A stretch of 64,000 nucleotides of DNA from Promethearchaeota archaeon. GTDB lineage: Archaea > Asgardarchaeota > Lokiarchaeia > Sigyniarchaeales > SOKP01. Shown here piece by piece: positions 19,644 through 30,137 of this stretch (position 1 is the stretch's first letter; each line of letters starts with the position of its first letter). The position numbers and the translations under genes were made by a program. A model generated the notes under the pieces. It was not told the origin of the DNA, searched no databases, and worked only from the letters and a program-made list of their open reading frames with translations. Where the stretch lies: assembly GCA_019058245.1 (NCBI GenBank), contig JAHPZJ010000025.1, positions 1 through 64,000 on the forward strand, in the 5' to 3' direction.

Positions 19644-20417
19644 TTAAAGAGATTTTCCACAAATTGGGCATGTACTCCACATCTTTTTAATTTTAGATTT
19701 GCAATGACTACATACTTTTAAATCAGGATCTATTTTTGTTTGTGGTTTACCAAAAATAGTTGAATCATTCGATTTATTACCAATGGAATCAATTTGTTTA
19801 GGAACTCTAAGCTCTTCTTGAGGAACTGTAGTAGTTTGTTCAAACATCTCTCGGGTAACAGAAATTTTTTGTTTTGGAATTTCAACAGAAGGTTTTTGAT
19901 ATTTTTGAGGTTTAATAGGTGTTTCTTTAATAATTTTATTCAAATCTTTACTTTCTTGTTCTTGTGTTTTTTTTTCAGATTCTCCAATTGGAACACCTAC
20001 TTTATAGAAGAAATAATTTCCCTCATTATTTTCTATAACTTTTTCTCCATCTTCCAAATAAACCTCAATATAATAAATTATAACTGAACCAACTGGAACC
20101 TCTATTATTTCAGCGATATAATAGTCCAATTTAGCCTCCATTACCATTTGATACCAAGATTTCCCTTGATCAGCACTAAAAATTAAATTAACATAAGAAA
20201 TTGATTTATTAAAATCCTCTTCAGTAATTTTTACAACTATTTTTATAGTTTTTTTATGAGCTTCTTTACGTGTAGCTATTACCTCACTATCATCCCATGC
20301 AGCTCCACATTTAGGGCAGTTAGTAAACCAATTAGGGTATTCAAAACTACACTTAGAACAACTTTTTGTAAAATACCTTGTTGTCTTGATTCCTAATACT
20401 TTTTTTTCTTTGCCCAT
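19644..20417 (-). CDS. Protein with N- and C-terminal zinc ribbons around a beta-sandwich domain
   Basis: CSKC..CPKC and CSHC..CPIC; central IIYYIEV...NNEGNYF. Confidence 0.75.
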   Translation of the reverse strand: MGKEKKVLGIKTTRYFTKSCSKCSFEYPNWFTNCPKCGAAWDDSEVIATRKEAHKKTIKIVVKITEEDFNKSISYVNLIFSADQGKSWYQMVMEAKLDYYIAEIIEVPVGSVIIYYIEVYLEDGEKVIENNEGNYFFYKVGVPIGESEKKTQEQESKDLNKIIKETPIKPQKYQKPSVEIPKQKISVTREMFEQTTTVPQEELRVPKQIDSIGNKSNDSTIFGKPQTKIDPDLKVCSHCKSKIKKMWSTCPICGKSL

Positions 20418-20703
20418 AACATTAATTCCAAATTTATGAAATTAAACTCCCGAAAAAATTTACTAATAATTAATTAATTATTCGCCTTAAATATATTTTT
20501 TTACCTATGCGAATTATTAAAAATGGCAAGTTTAATATAAAATCCATTCAAATTTAGATATCTAAAAATTAAGTTAAAGTATTTTAATATACTCAAAAGA
20601 ACATAAACCTAAAAAAATATTGCAAATCAGTTGAAACACATAATAAAAATTGAGAAACTCATTGGTTTCGTCAGAAACATAGTAGGATAAAGAATCTTTT
20701 CAA

Positions 20704-21879
20704 TCAAATTTTTAATTTTTTTACAATTTTACTTAAGTCTTCAACAAAGGTTTGTAAATGAGTTTTTTGAACATGTGGCATTATCACAACTCTAATTAAA
20801 TTGAATTCTTCAAATTTTCCTAACATATAATTTCGCTTTCTTAATTCATCATCAATTTTACAAACGCTTTCTCCATTTTCAGTAGTAATCCCTACAACAT
20901 TTATAATTGGATTAGTCGTAAGCCTTATTCCTTTTATTTCATTGATTTGATCTGCTAAATATACGGTATTATCCATACATTTTTTTACAATCCGTTTAAA
21001 ACCATTAATTCCCAAATACTTCATTATCGCCCAAAATGATACTACTGTTCCTCCAGGTCTAGTTCCCACTATATGAAGATGCTTAAAATTCCCTCCAGCA
21101 AGATAAGGAATTTCAAATCCCGTTTTTTGTAAAATAGAAGAATCTCTTAAAAAGAATCCACCAGATGGAATAACTCCTAATCCCATTTTATGAGGATCCG
21201 CTGTTATAGAATCAACTGCTTTTACTGAAAAATCCCACTGTGGGATTTTGTAGTTTAATTTTTTTAAAAATGGTAATACGAAACCTCCAAATGCAGCATC
21301 AACATGGAAAAAAATGTCTTTATCCTCCACAAACCTCCCAATTTCTTCTATTGGATCAATTAATCCTAAAGATGTTGTTCCCGCAACTCCTACTACTCCG
21401 CAAGTATTACTATTTATAAGTGATTTAAAATGAGCTAAATCTAACTCAAAATTATCCTTTAAATTTGCCTTTCTGAGTTTAATCCCCAATAAATCGGCTG
21501 CTTTATCAAAAGAAATATGAGCAGAACGTGATACCACAACTTCTGGCTTAGTGACGTTCTTTTTTAATATTTTAGCAATTCTCATGGCTATTAGGTTTGC
21601 TTCCGAGCCTCCAGTGGTAATAGAACCGATAATATTTTTTCCATTAAATAACTCTCCAATCTCAGAAACTAATTCTTCTTCTAATGCGGTAGTTCCTAAA
21701 AATAGTCCTGGATCTCCAAGATTTTTAGAGATATATTTCATATAAACCTCAACGCCAAAATCTAAAGGTTCAGTACACATAGATCCCAAAATTGAACCAG
21801 AGTTATAGGAAAAATCTTTCTCCAATTTCTTTTCTAATATTTTTAGTATTTCTTGTTTTTCTAATCCTTCTTTTAGCAT
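20704..21879 (-). CDS. mfnA: PLP-dependent tyrosine/aspartate decarboxylase
   Basis: ILGSMCT, NLGDPGLF, GGSEAN, HVDAAFGG, DPHKMG. Confidence 0.93.
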   Translation of the reverse strand: MLKEGLEKQEILKILEKKLEKDFSYNSGSILGSMCTEPLDFGVEVYMKYISKNLGDPGLFLGTTALEEELVSEIGELFNGKNIIGSITTGGSEANLIAMRIAKILKKNVTKPEVVVSRSAHISFDKAADLLGIKLRKANLKDNFELDLAHFKSLINSNTCGVVGVAGTTSLGLIDPIEEIGRFVEDKDIFFHVDAAFGGFVLPFLKKLNYKIPQWDFSVKAVDSITADPHKMGLGVIPSGGFFLRDSSILQKTGFEIPYLAGGNFKHLHIVGTRPGGTVVSFWAIMKYLGINGFKRIVKKCMDNTVYLADQINEIKGIRLTTNPIINVVGITTENGESVCKIDDELRKRNYMLGKFEEFNLIRVVIMPHVQKTHLQTFVEDLSKIVKKLKI

Positions 21880-22010
21880 CGTAGTTTATAGTAAATATTT
21901 ATTCTTACCCATTATTTCATAACCTAAAATCTTTTTAACCATTAAAATCTTTTAAAACAAATTCACATTCCTAATAATAACATAATTTTTTAGTATTTAA
22001 AAAATTTGAA

Positions 22011-22328
22011 CTAAAGGAAACGATTTGAATCTCTTTCAGAATATTTAATAATTGTATTCTTTAATTCTTTCCCCAAATCAATTTTGTAATTATTCGCAAT
22101 GCAAATTATAGAAAAGATTAAATCTGCTAATTCCTCTCCCAAATGTGACTCTTGTTCTTCAGATTTTTTAGGTTTAAAGCCTTCTAAAGAATTCACTTCT
22201 CTAGCAACTTCTCCTAATTCCTCTATAATAGCGCAAATCATTGATAACGGAGACCAATATCCACCATGAGCATGGATCCAATTATCTATAGTAACTTGAA
22301 GTTCTTTAATTGACTCATTTTTAGTCAT
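22011..22328 (-). CDS. MazG-like nucleotide pyrophosphohydrolase
   Basis: EELGEVAREV...EELAD. Confidence 0.9.
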   Translation of the reverse strand: MTKNESIKELQVTIDNWIHAHGGYWSPLSMICAIIEELGEVAREVNSLEGFKPKKSEEQESHLGEELADLIFSIICIANNYKIDLGKELKNTIIKYSERDSNRFL

Positions 22329-22498
22329 ATTAATAATATTATTTGGTATTATTTAAAGAATAGAAGAATAAACCTGAGGTAAGGGAAAAACTCGTTGATA
22401 GCTAAATATTGGATACATTAAATACTGATTAATCATCACACTTTTACTTCTAAGAATCTTTTGAAGTTATAATGAAATTCTAAGAATTATAAATTGTA

Positions 22499-23061
22499 AT
22501 GAAAATTGCTATTGATGTAGTTGGTGTATTACTAGATAATTTAACAACTTTTATTGAAATTTATAATGATAATTTTAAAACGAACTATGTTAAAAAAGAT
22601 ATCAGGTATTGGGAATTTTTTATTTAACTACAGATAAATTTTTAAAGCTTTTCTATAAAACTTTTAACAATCCTGAGAGAATTCCTTTTATTGATGATGA
22701 TGCTCCTATGTATATGAGAAGATTAAATAATGAGCATGATCTGTATATTCTATCGGCACTAGATTCAAAATATCAAAATTCTTTAAAAAAGTTGTTAGAT
22801 TTTAACAATATAAAACAAGATATTCATTATAAAGATATTATTATTGTTCCAGAAACACCTTATGATTTGAAATTGAAAAAAGAATTTGAGATATATATTG
22901 ATGATAATCCTAATTTAATAGAACCCATAAAAAATCTAAAATGTAGATATTTATTATTATTTAATCAACCTTGGAATCAAGATTCGCTATGTGAACAAAA
23001 TATAATTAGAGTTTATAATTGGAAGGAAATTTATAAGATCATTCAAAATTTCATTTATTAA
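22499..23061 (+). pseudogene. Frameshifted HAD-family 5'(3')-deoxyribonucleotidase
   Basis: ATG at 22499 gives MKIAIDVVGVLLD (DxDG motif altered) and stops near 22627; another frame continues with YIDDNP...FNQPWN...RVYNWKEI. Confidence 0.8.
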
Positions 23062-23137
23062 TGAGATTCGATTTGAAAAAGTATTTTAAAAGGGAAAAGA
23101 AAAAAATTTTAAGGATTTATAAAAAAACCAGTTAAAT

Positions 23138-23515
23138 TTATCTCCTAAATTCGGTCGGATCTGTCGCATACAGAACAGCACGTTCCACGCCTTTTTTACG
23201 CCACTCATGAACCTTTAGATAATCCGGGTTATTAATCATTTTGATGAATGCCTTGCGTGATGGATACCTGACGAGCATTATAAGATCCCAATCTTCTGAT
23301 CCGGTCAGTAATTCTTTTGGAATGCCAAAATAATCAACTGATGCACCGATACTCTTGCCAAAGGGTGATGACTCCTTTAGGTAACGAAAATAATCCTCCC
23401 GACCACCCTCTTTTTTAAACTTCAGTAGGTTAAGCATAACAAAGGGTTTCTGATTAGTATTTTTTATAAAGTCTTTAAGTTGCTCCTGATTTATATCTGT
23501 AGGTAATTTAGACAT
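23138..23515 (-). CDS. DUF1330-like protein
   Basis: PFVMLNLLKFK, WDLIMLVRYPSRKAF. Confidence 0.85.
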   Translation of the reverse strand: MSKLPTDINQEQLKDFIKNTNQKPFVMLNLLKFKKEGGREDYFRYLKESSPFGKSIGASVDYFGIPKELLTGSEDWDLIMLVRYPSRKAFIKMINNPDYLKVHEWRKKGVERAVLYATDPTEFRR

Positions 23516-23654
23516 TTTCTATTATAGTTAATGTATTAATTTTATTACAATTGTTTGAAATATTATGTGGAATTATAAAAAATTTTTGCCTTTCAATTTT
23601 TCATTCATTAGTTAACTATTGAAATTTTCTCATTTATTTGTGGAAATTACAATT

Positions 23655-25793
23655 TTACAAGCTAAATAGATGTTCTCTTTTACGAGCTTCCCACTCTGCT
23701 TTTTTCCCAGGATTATACCTATTAACTTCGCTATAATAACCTGTAACTCTTGAATATACTTTTACATCTTCAGAATGACACTGGGGACATGTAAAACTGC
23801 CCCCTCGGAACATCTTTCTACAATGAGGACAATAAGTAAAGTCTGGTGAATACGCGAAATATGCGGTGTTTGTTTTAAGACAGATGTTTTTTGTAAGTTC
23901 CCATAAGCCATAAATATCTGGTTTTTGCTCTCCAAGCCAAATATGTGTAATTACACCACCATTAACAATTGGATGGAAATCACCTTGTTTTTTGATTCGT
24001 ACTGATAATGGAATCTCAGCATCATATCGTAAATGACCAGAATTAGTATAATAAGCAGATTTGCCAGATGATTGAACAATAGCTTTTTTAGGAAAATGTT
24101 TCAAATCTAATCGAGCAAATCTACTACTTGAACTTTCTGCTGGTTGCTCCCATAGGGAGTAATATTTATTATCCCTTTCCGACATAGTATTACATTTTGC
24201 GACCAAATAATTTAATATTTTTTTTCCTAAATTGTATGCTGTATCATTTTCATGTAGTTCAAATCCACTTAAACTTTTCACAGCTTCATTTAATCCAGTA
24301 AATCCTATTGAAATATTCTGGTCCTTTATATTAAAAATTGGTCTGCTGTTTATTTTGCCGCTGCATAGAGGCAAATGGCCTGTCTTTAATCTTTTTTCCA
24401 TTAAATCCCATTTTTTACGTAAAATTCTCGCAGAAAGCTCAATTTTATCATCCAAAATTATAAAATAATTATCTTCGTTTTTAGATTTATAAGCATAACG
24501 AGGTAGATTTAAACTAACACTTTGTAGCGAACCAATTGTTACATAGTTTTCCCAGACGTTAGCATTTTTCCTTTTTTCAGGATCAAGAATGCATTGCTCT
24601 ATAATTTGATTACCACTTAAAAATTTCCTGCAACATTGGCTATGAATCTCATCTGGCATCCAATCTGGACACATATTAAGGAAGTAGGGGGTCCCCATTG
24701 TTGCTACTTCTTCCATTAATTTTAAATATGATGGTTCAAACTCTTTTAACCATTCTTTTTTAATCTTAATCTCATGTTTTGGAAATGCAAAAAGTTTTCC
24801 ATTATAATCTCCTTGAATATATACATCTGTTAAAGCATCAAAAAGTTTAAGACATTCTTCTTTATAATCTCCATAATTTCCAACTAATTTTCCGTGTGGA
24901 CCAACAGCAGGAATACTTAATAAACCATCAGGTATAGTTGGGGTACATGAAATAGAAGTAAATGGTACTTGTCCCCCCCTAGCTGCAAATATTTGATTTG
25001 TTTCAAAAATCAAACATTGTATTGATTGTTCAATTTCTCTATCTGAAACTCCTCTGGCATAGGGGGCTAAAAATGTAGTTATATAATCGTAACCTTGTCC
25101 TCCACTAAATTCCCCTTGAATGATCCCTAACCATTTGGCAAGATGAGTAACTGCTACACGCAAGCTACCTGCTGGTCCTGATTTACTACAATGTGCCCAA
25201 CTCTCAACTGGAGGTAATCCATGTTCTAAAATCATACGTGGGTCCCATTCTTGACAAAATGGTCTTAAATCAAAATATCTTAACATGTGAACGTGTATAT
25301 CGCCAAATAAATGAGCGTGAGCTTCTTCAGAATTTAAAATTCTTAGAAGAGCATACTCATCGGAGATTCTATTTGCAGCCCAATGATGGATACTTTCAGG
25401 ATTCATATCTTGGTTTGCATTTTCATCTACTCCATATTCCAAAATTGCCTCATAATCCATTAAGGGCATTCCAATCCTAGTATACAATTTACGTTCTTCT
25501 TCAAAATGTTGTTCAGATAAGATTGAGCACACAATCTCTCTAATGTGAGGTCCTGATAAAAATTTTATTCCAGAAGAGATGATTCTTCTTACAACCAATT
25601 CAGTAATCTTATCTGCTAAGTTGTGATCTAATCCTGTCTCATTTGCTATGCTTTGTTCAATTTTAGTAAGATCAAAAGGGACAACATCACCTTCTGTTCT
25701 AAAAACTTGTGGTAATAGTTTAGTTAAATATTTGCGATTTATATCTTCTGATTTATTTTCTTTTTTTGGTTGAGAATCTGATACCAATACCAA
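23655..25793 (-). CDS. nrdD: Anaerobic (class III) ribonucleotide reductase with ATP cone
   Basis: ATP cone, FSGGQG, NLPR, PAES, YYTNS, CPHC..CPQC, SRVTGY glycyl-radical motif. Confidence 0.95.
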   Translation of the reverse strand: MVLVSDSQPKKENKSEDINRKYLTKLLPQVFRTEGDVVPFDLTKIEQSIANETGLDHNLADKITELVVRRIISSGIKFLSGPHIREIVCSILSEQHFEEERKLYTRIGMPLMDYEAILEYGVDENANQDMNPESIHHWAANRISDEYALLRILNSEEAHAHLFGDIHVHMLRYFDLRPFCQEWDPRMILEHGLPPVESWAHCSKSGPAGSLRVAVTHLAKWLGIIQGEFSGGQGYDYITTFLAPYARGVSDREIEQSIQCLIFETNQIFAARGGQVPFTSISCTPTIPDGLLSIPAVGPHGKLVGNYGDYKEECLKLFDALTDVYIQGDYNGKLFAFPKHEIKIKKEWLKEFEPSYLKLMEEVATMGTPYFLNMCPDWMPDEIHSQCCRKFLSGNQIIEQCILDPEKRKNANVWENYVTIGSLQSVSLNLPRYAYKSKNEDNYFIILDDKIELSARILRKKWDLMEKRLKTGHLPLCSGKINSRPIFNIKDQNISIGFTGLNEAVKSLSGFELHENDTAYNLGKKILNYLVAKCNTMSERDNKYYSLWEQPAESSSSRFARLDLKHFPKKAIVQSSGKSAYYTNSGHLRYDAEIPLSVRIKKQGDFHPIVNGGVITHIWLGEQKPDIYGLWELTKNICLKTNTAYFAYSPDFTYCPHCRKMFRGGSFTCPQCHSEDVKVYSRVTGYYSEVNRYNPGKKAEWEARKREHLFSL

Positions 25794-26219
25794 AGTAATA
25801 AAACCCCTTTATTATTTTTTAATTATTTAATCCTAAAAAAATGAAATAACACAACTATTCCGATTATAAAATTTTGTCGGAAACATAAACTGACTTCAGA
25901 GATTTATTAAACATTTATTAACGTAAATATTTTACCTCTTTTGATATAAAAATTTATTTATTTTTCCAATTTAAAGTTATTTTATTAACACTTTATTTGC
26001 GACTTTAAAACTTGCCTAGAAAAATAACGATTGAACACTTAATCTTTTGGAGGCTTTTCAATTTCTAATTTATTTATTCGTTCATTGCAAATTATACATA
26101 ATTATGTCGAAACTTTTCTCACTTTATCTTAGGTTTTACTAATAAAAATTTTATAAGAAATAAAACCAAGTATATTTAAATAAAAAATTGGAATTAAATA
26201 TTTAAAGTGAACCTTAGAA

Positions 26220-26555
26220 ATGGTAAAAAATGTTAATAGTAAAGAAAATGTTCAACCTATAGAAGCTTTAAACGGAGTTTTTCGTAGAACTTTATTATAT
26301 AATGATTCTCTAATGCTATGTCATTTCATACTTGAGAAAAATGCTGTAATACCAATGCATAATCATAAGGAGCATCAAATTGGATATATAATTAAAGGAA
26401 GAATTAAATTTATAACAGAAAATGATGAATTCATTGCAAAAATGGGAGACAGTTATATTTTTAATTCTAATGAAAAACATGGAGCAGAAGTATTAGATTA
26501 TGCAGAAGTAATTGATGTTTTCAACCCTCCTAGAGAAGATTATAAAGATAAATAG
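26220..26555 (+). CDS. Cupin domain protein
   Basis: PMHNHKEHQ...H...DVFNPPREDY. Confidence 0.9.
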   Translation: MVKNVNSKENVQPIEALNGVFRRTLLYNDSLMLCHFILEKNAVIPMHNHKEHQIGYIIKGRIKFITENDEFIAKMGDSYIFNSNEKHGAEVLDYAEVIDVFNPPREDYKDK

Positions 26556-26598
26556 AGATCTAATTCTACTCGTTGAGAAAATATGTTTAATCTTTTTA

Positions 26599-26952
26599 TT
26601 ACCATTGATATACTGCAACAGCAAAAATAGCAAATAGACAGAACAAAAATTCTCCTACTATCCAATCTTGAAAGAACTTTTGTTTATTTTCCTTATTTTC
26701 TTTTAATTTTGCTGCAAAGGCAAAACTAACTGCTGAATTTGTACCTATAAAGATTATAAAGGCATAGGTCATAGCTGTTAATTCTATTTGTATTAATGAT
26801 AATATATAATCGAAAAGGATCCAAATTCCCATAAATCCCCCAAGTATTAATAAGAAAAACCAACCAGAAAACTGAATGATCTTTTGAAATTTTAAATCTA
26901 ATTTTGAAATTTCTGAAACTCTATCAATACGTTTTTTTCTAATTTTTGACAT
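26599..26952 (-). CDS. Hypothetical membrane protein with three helices
   Basis: Three hydrophobic segments; lies downstream of nac on the same strand. Confidence 0.7.
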   Translation of the reverse strand: MSKIRKKRIDRVSEISKLDLKFQKIIQFSGWFFLLILGGFMGIWILFDYILSLIQIELTAMTYAFIIFIGTNSAVSFAFAAKLKENKENKQKFFQDWIVGEFLFCLFAIFAVAVYQW

Positions 26953-27031
26953 AAAACATATAATTATTTTCTTTTTGAATATTAAAAACTTTATAATTCT
27001 TAATCTTTATTATTTATTCTTTGGTGATATT

Positions 27032-27511
27032 TTACGGTCTATTCTTTAAAAATAAAATTGCTTTTGCTATATCTCCATTACAATCTTTTAAAACAGATTC
27101 TGCTTCCTTTTTATCCACATTTGCTTGAGTAGCTACAAGCATTATATCATTTTCCGTTATCATTACTTTGATTTCAGAATCTTCTTCAGGTGAAAGTTCT
27201 ATCGCTTCTTCTGTACTTTCGATAGTGATGGAATCTGGAGATACTTCTTCTGCTTGACCAATTACTTGATATATTTCCTGCCCTGCTTGCTTCATAAGAA
27301 AAATTTCTGGTTGATCGATAATTATCGTTTTTTCGGGGCTTTCTATAATAACTCTAGTAGCATCAACGGGTTCCATATCAATACCTTGTTGTGCCATTCT
27401 TCTCCGCATTTGTCTTGAACCAAATTGCTGTCCGTCTCGTTTAACTGAAGGTTGAGGACGTTTAGGTTTACTTTTTGCTTTATTTTGCATTTCTTTTGGT
27501 AGTTTTACCAA
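27032..27511 (-). CDS. nac: Nascent polypeptide-associated complex protein
   Basis: RQMRRRM.QQGIDM, NAC domain, UBA-like DIMLVATQ...GDIAKAI. Confidence 0.92.
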   Translation of the reverse strand: MVKLPKEMQNKAKSKPKRPQPSVKRDGQQFGSRQMRRRMAQQGIDMEPVDATRVIIESPEKTIIIDQPEIFLMKQAGQEIYQVIGQAEEVSPDSITIESTEEAIELSPEEDSEIKVMITENDIMLVATQANVDKKEAESVLKDCNGDIAKAILFLKNRP

Positions 27512-27564
27512 TTTTCTTCACTTTAAATTCTATGTATATCTTAGAATATATAATAATTTGAGAT

Positions 27565-28056
27565 TTAAATTTTTGATTTATTGATTCCTTTTCTGATATC
27601 TACTGCGATCCCCCTTGAGAATGATTTTGCATAAGAAACAGGAATTTTTAACTTACCAATTCCCAACAACTCATCATTTTGATTTACTACAATAACTTCA
27701 TCAAAAGGTCTTAAATTTTCATCGATTTCAACAATATGTCTACAAAAAACATTTCTTCCTTTCATAATATATTCTGAGATTTCATTCAATACAATAACCC
27801 TTAATTTTGGAGGACTAATATTAGTTATTATTTTATTAGCTGAATATAAAGTAAGAGTAAAAAAGCCATTTGTTGGTCTAAGAGTGAGTAAAAGATTATT
27901 TTTATAATAAATATATCTAATTTTATTTGTTTTTGGTGATCTTACTAATTTGATATGATCTATATTATCCAGAAGTATATCTGTTACTATTGCACCGAAT
28001 TGATAATCTGAAATTGCCTTTATTTGTCTTAATCCTAATAATAATTTAGTTTCCAT
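27565..28056 (-). CDS. PUA-domain protein (like the archaeosine TGT C-terminus)
   Basis: ISDYQFG, GRNVFCRH, LRPFDEVIVV. Confidence 0.85.
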   Translation of the reverse strand: METKLLLGLRQIKAISDYQFGAIVTDILLDNIDHIKLVRSPKTNKIRYIYYKNNLLLTLRPTNGFFTLTLYSANKIITNISPPKLRVIVLNEISEYIMKGRNVFCRHIVEIDENLRPFDEVIVVNQNDELLGIGKLKIPVSYAKSFSRGIAVDIRKGINKSKI

Positions 28057-28128
28057 ATAAAAATTGATGATAAGGTTATTTAATCTAAAAAACGTAAGAA
28101 AATTTAAAAAATTTATAGATAATGATTA

Positions 28129-29337
28129 TTAGGAATAAAGTCTGGATTCTACCAATTGATCTTTGACTTTATTCATTACTTTATTAACAGCATCAATAAA
28201 ATCTTTATTAATAATCATATCAGCATCTTTTCGAATTGCAAACATTCCTGCTTCTGTACAAATTGCTTTAATATCTGCTCCAGTTGCCCCTTCTGTGAGA
28301 TTTACTAGTCGTTTAAAATCTAATGAATCTTCAATATTTAAATTTCTAGAATGAATTTTTAAGATGGCTTCTCGAGCTTGATCATCTGGAATTGGAAAAT
28401 CAATCATACGATCAAATCTTCCAGGTCTTAATAGTGCTGGATCTAAAATATCTACTCTATTTGTTGCACCAATGATTTTTACATCTCCTCTTTGTTCAAA
28501 TCCGTCTAATTCGCTTAATAATTGCATAAGAGTTCTTTGAACTTCTCTATCTCCAGATGTCGCAATCTTTAGTCTCTGAGAGCCAATTGCATCTAATTCA
28601 TCAATAAATAATATGGTAGGGGCTTTTTCTTTGGCTAAATTAAATATTTCTCGCACTAATCGGGCACCTTCACCAATAAACTTTTGAACTAGTTCAGATC
28701 CAATAATTCTTATAAATGTTGCTTCAGTTTCATGAGCTACAGCCTTCGCTAATAGTGTTTTTCCTGTACCAGGGGGACCAAATAACAAAACTCCCTTAGG
28801 AGGATCAATTCCGATTTTCTTAAATAAATCTGGTTTTTTCAATGGTAGTTCTACCGTTTCTCTTACTTCCTGCATTTGTTCTTCTAAACCACCTACATCA
28901 GCATATGATATATCCGGAACAGAATCAATTACTTCCATTCCTTTAACAAAAGGATCTAATTTAGTAGGCAAAACTTCCATAATTGCGAATGTTCTTTGAT
29001 TTAAAGCAACTCTAGTACCTGGCACTAATTTTTCATTTTTTACTTTTCTACTAGTATTAACTACAAAACTTGGCCCCGTGGAACTTTTTACAATTGCCCT
29101 TCCTTTATCATCGAGAAAGTCTATAATTGTTGCAGATACTAATGGAGGTTCTCTTAATCTATCGATTTCATTTCTAAGGCTGTGTAATTCTTGTTCTAAT
29201 CTCAATCGCTCAGCATCTAATAATTGTTTTTCTGTTTCTAAGTTTCGGAGTCGTTTCTCCAGATGCCTAGTATAGGTAATGAGATATTCTCCATCTTTAC
29301 TTTCTTCTTTTTTTTTCTTTTCTTTAGTCGTAGTCAA
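28129..29337 (-). CDS. pan: Proteasome-activating nucleotidase
   Basis: Coiled coil, OB domain, [21 protein letters not shown]-terminal HbYX motif (LYS). Confidence 0.97.
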   Translation of the reverse strand: MTTTKEKKKKEESKDGEYLITYTRHLEKRLRNLETEKQLLDAERLRLEQELHSLRNEIDRLREPPLVSATIIDFLDDKGRAIVKSSTGPSFVVNTSRKVKNEKLVPGTRVALNQRTFAIMEVLPTKLDPFVKGMEVIDSVPDISYADVGGLEEQMQEVRETVELPLKKPDLFKKIGIDPPKGVLLFGPPGTGKTLLAKAVAHETEATFIRIIGSELVQKFIGEGARLVREIFNLAKEKAPTILFIDELDAIGSQRLKIATSGDREVQRTLMQLLSELDGFEQRGDVKIIGATNRVDILDPALLRPGRFDRMIDFPIPDDQAREAILKIHSRNLNIEDSLDFKRLVNLTEGATGADIKAICTEAGMFAIRKDADMIINKDFIDAVNKVMNKVKDQLVESRLYS

Positions 29338-29580
29338 AAAAAGTATACCCCTTCTTTTCTTTCTTTTAATTACATTTTTAAGAAATTACGTTAATTTATT
29401 AATAATCTTTTAATCATTTAAATTTAAGGTTTCTTCTATACTATTACTTAATAGTGTCAATTTTTAAAAAATTTATAGATTATAAAATATAATCCTAATT
29501 AACCATAAATTATAAGAGTTTTCAATCAAATTCTATTAATATACAGCATATCTTTAATTATTCTGTGTTAGGATAGAACA

Positions 29581-30114
29581 ATGCCAGAACCTCAATATAA
29601 TAAAATTGATAAAGAATGTCCTATATGTGGTAGTATTATTTGGGGTAAGGGGCAAAAAGTTCTATTAGAAGGAGCGAAAATTACAGTTTGTCATAATTGC
29701 GCTCAACATGGTATAAAAATTCAAAAACCTCCTACAAGTAAATATGCAAAAAAATCTTTCCCCCATGATATGAAAAGTTCTGCTAAACGACAAACTATAA
29801 AAAAGCCTAATATTGAAGCCTTTGAAATAATTCAAGATTATGCTAAAAAAATAAGAAATGTTAGAAATTCTTTAGGACTTAATCAAGATCAATTCGCCCA
29901 GAAATTGAATGAAAAACCTTCATTACTTAGAAGAATTGAGGCTGGAAAAGTAAAACCAACTATTAAATTAGCAAAGAAAATAGAAGAAGTTTATAAAATC
30001 AAAATCATTAAAAAAGCTGACGAGATTGAAGGAACTATTGAGAGTGGTAAGTATTTGAAAAAATCTAGTGGAACATCTCTTGGTGACATTGCTTTTATTA
30101 AGAAAAAGAAATAA
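29581..30114 (+). CDS. mbf1: Archaeal multiprotein bridging factor 1
   Basis: CPICG...IEGA-like VCxxC zinc ribbon, HTH, TSLGD. Confidence 0.92.
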   Translation: MPEPQYNKIDKECPICGSIIWGKGQKVLLEGAKITVCHNCAQHGIKIQKPPTSKYAKKSFPHDMKSSAKRQTIKKPNIEAFEIIQDYAKKIRNVRNSLGLNQDQFAQKLNEKPSLLRRIEAGKVKPTIKLAKKIEEVYKIKIIKKADEIEGTIESGKYLKKSSGTSLGDIAFIKKKK

Positions 30115-30137
30115 ATGATACCCTTAACTTTGTATGA

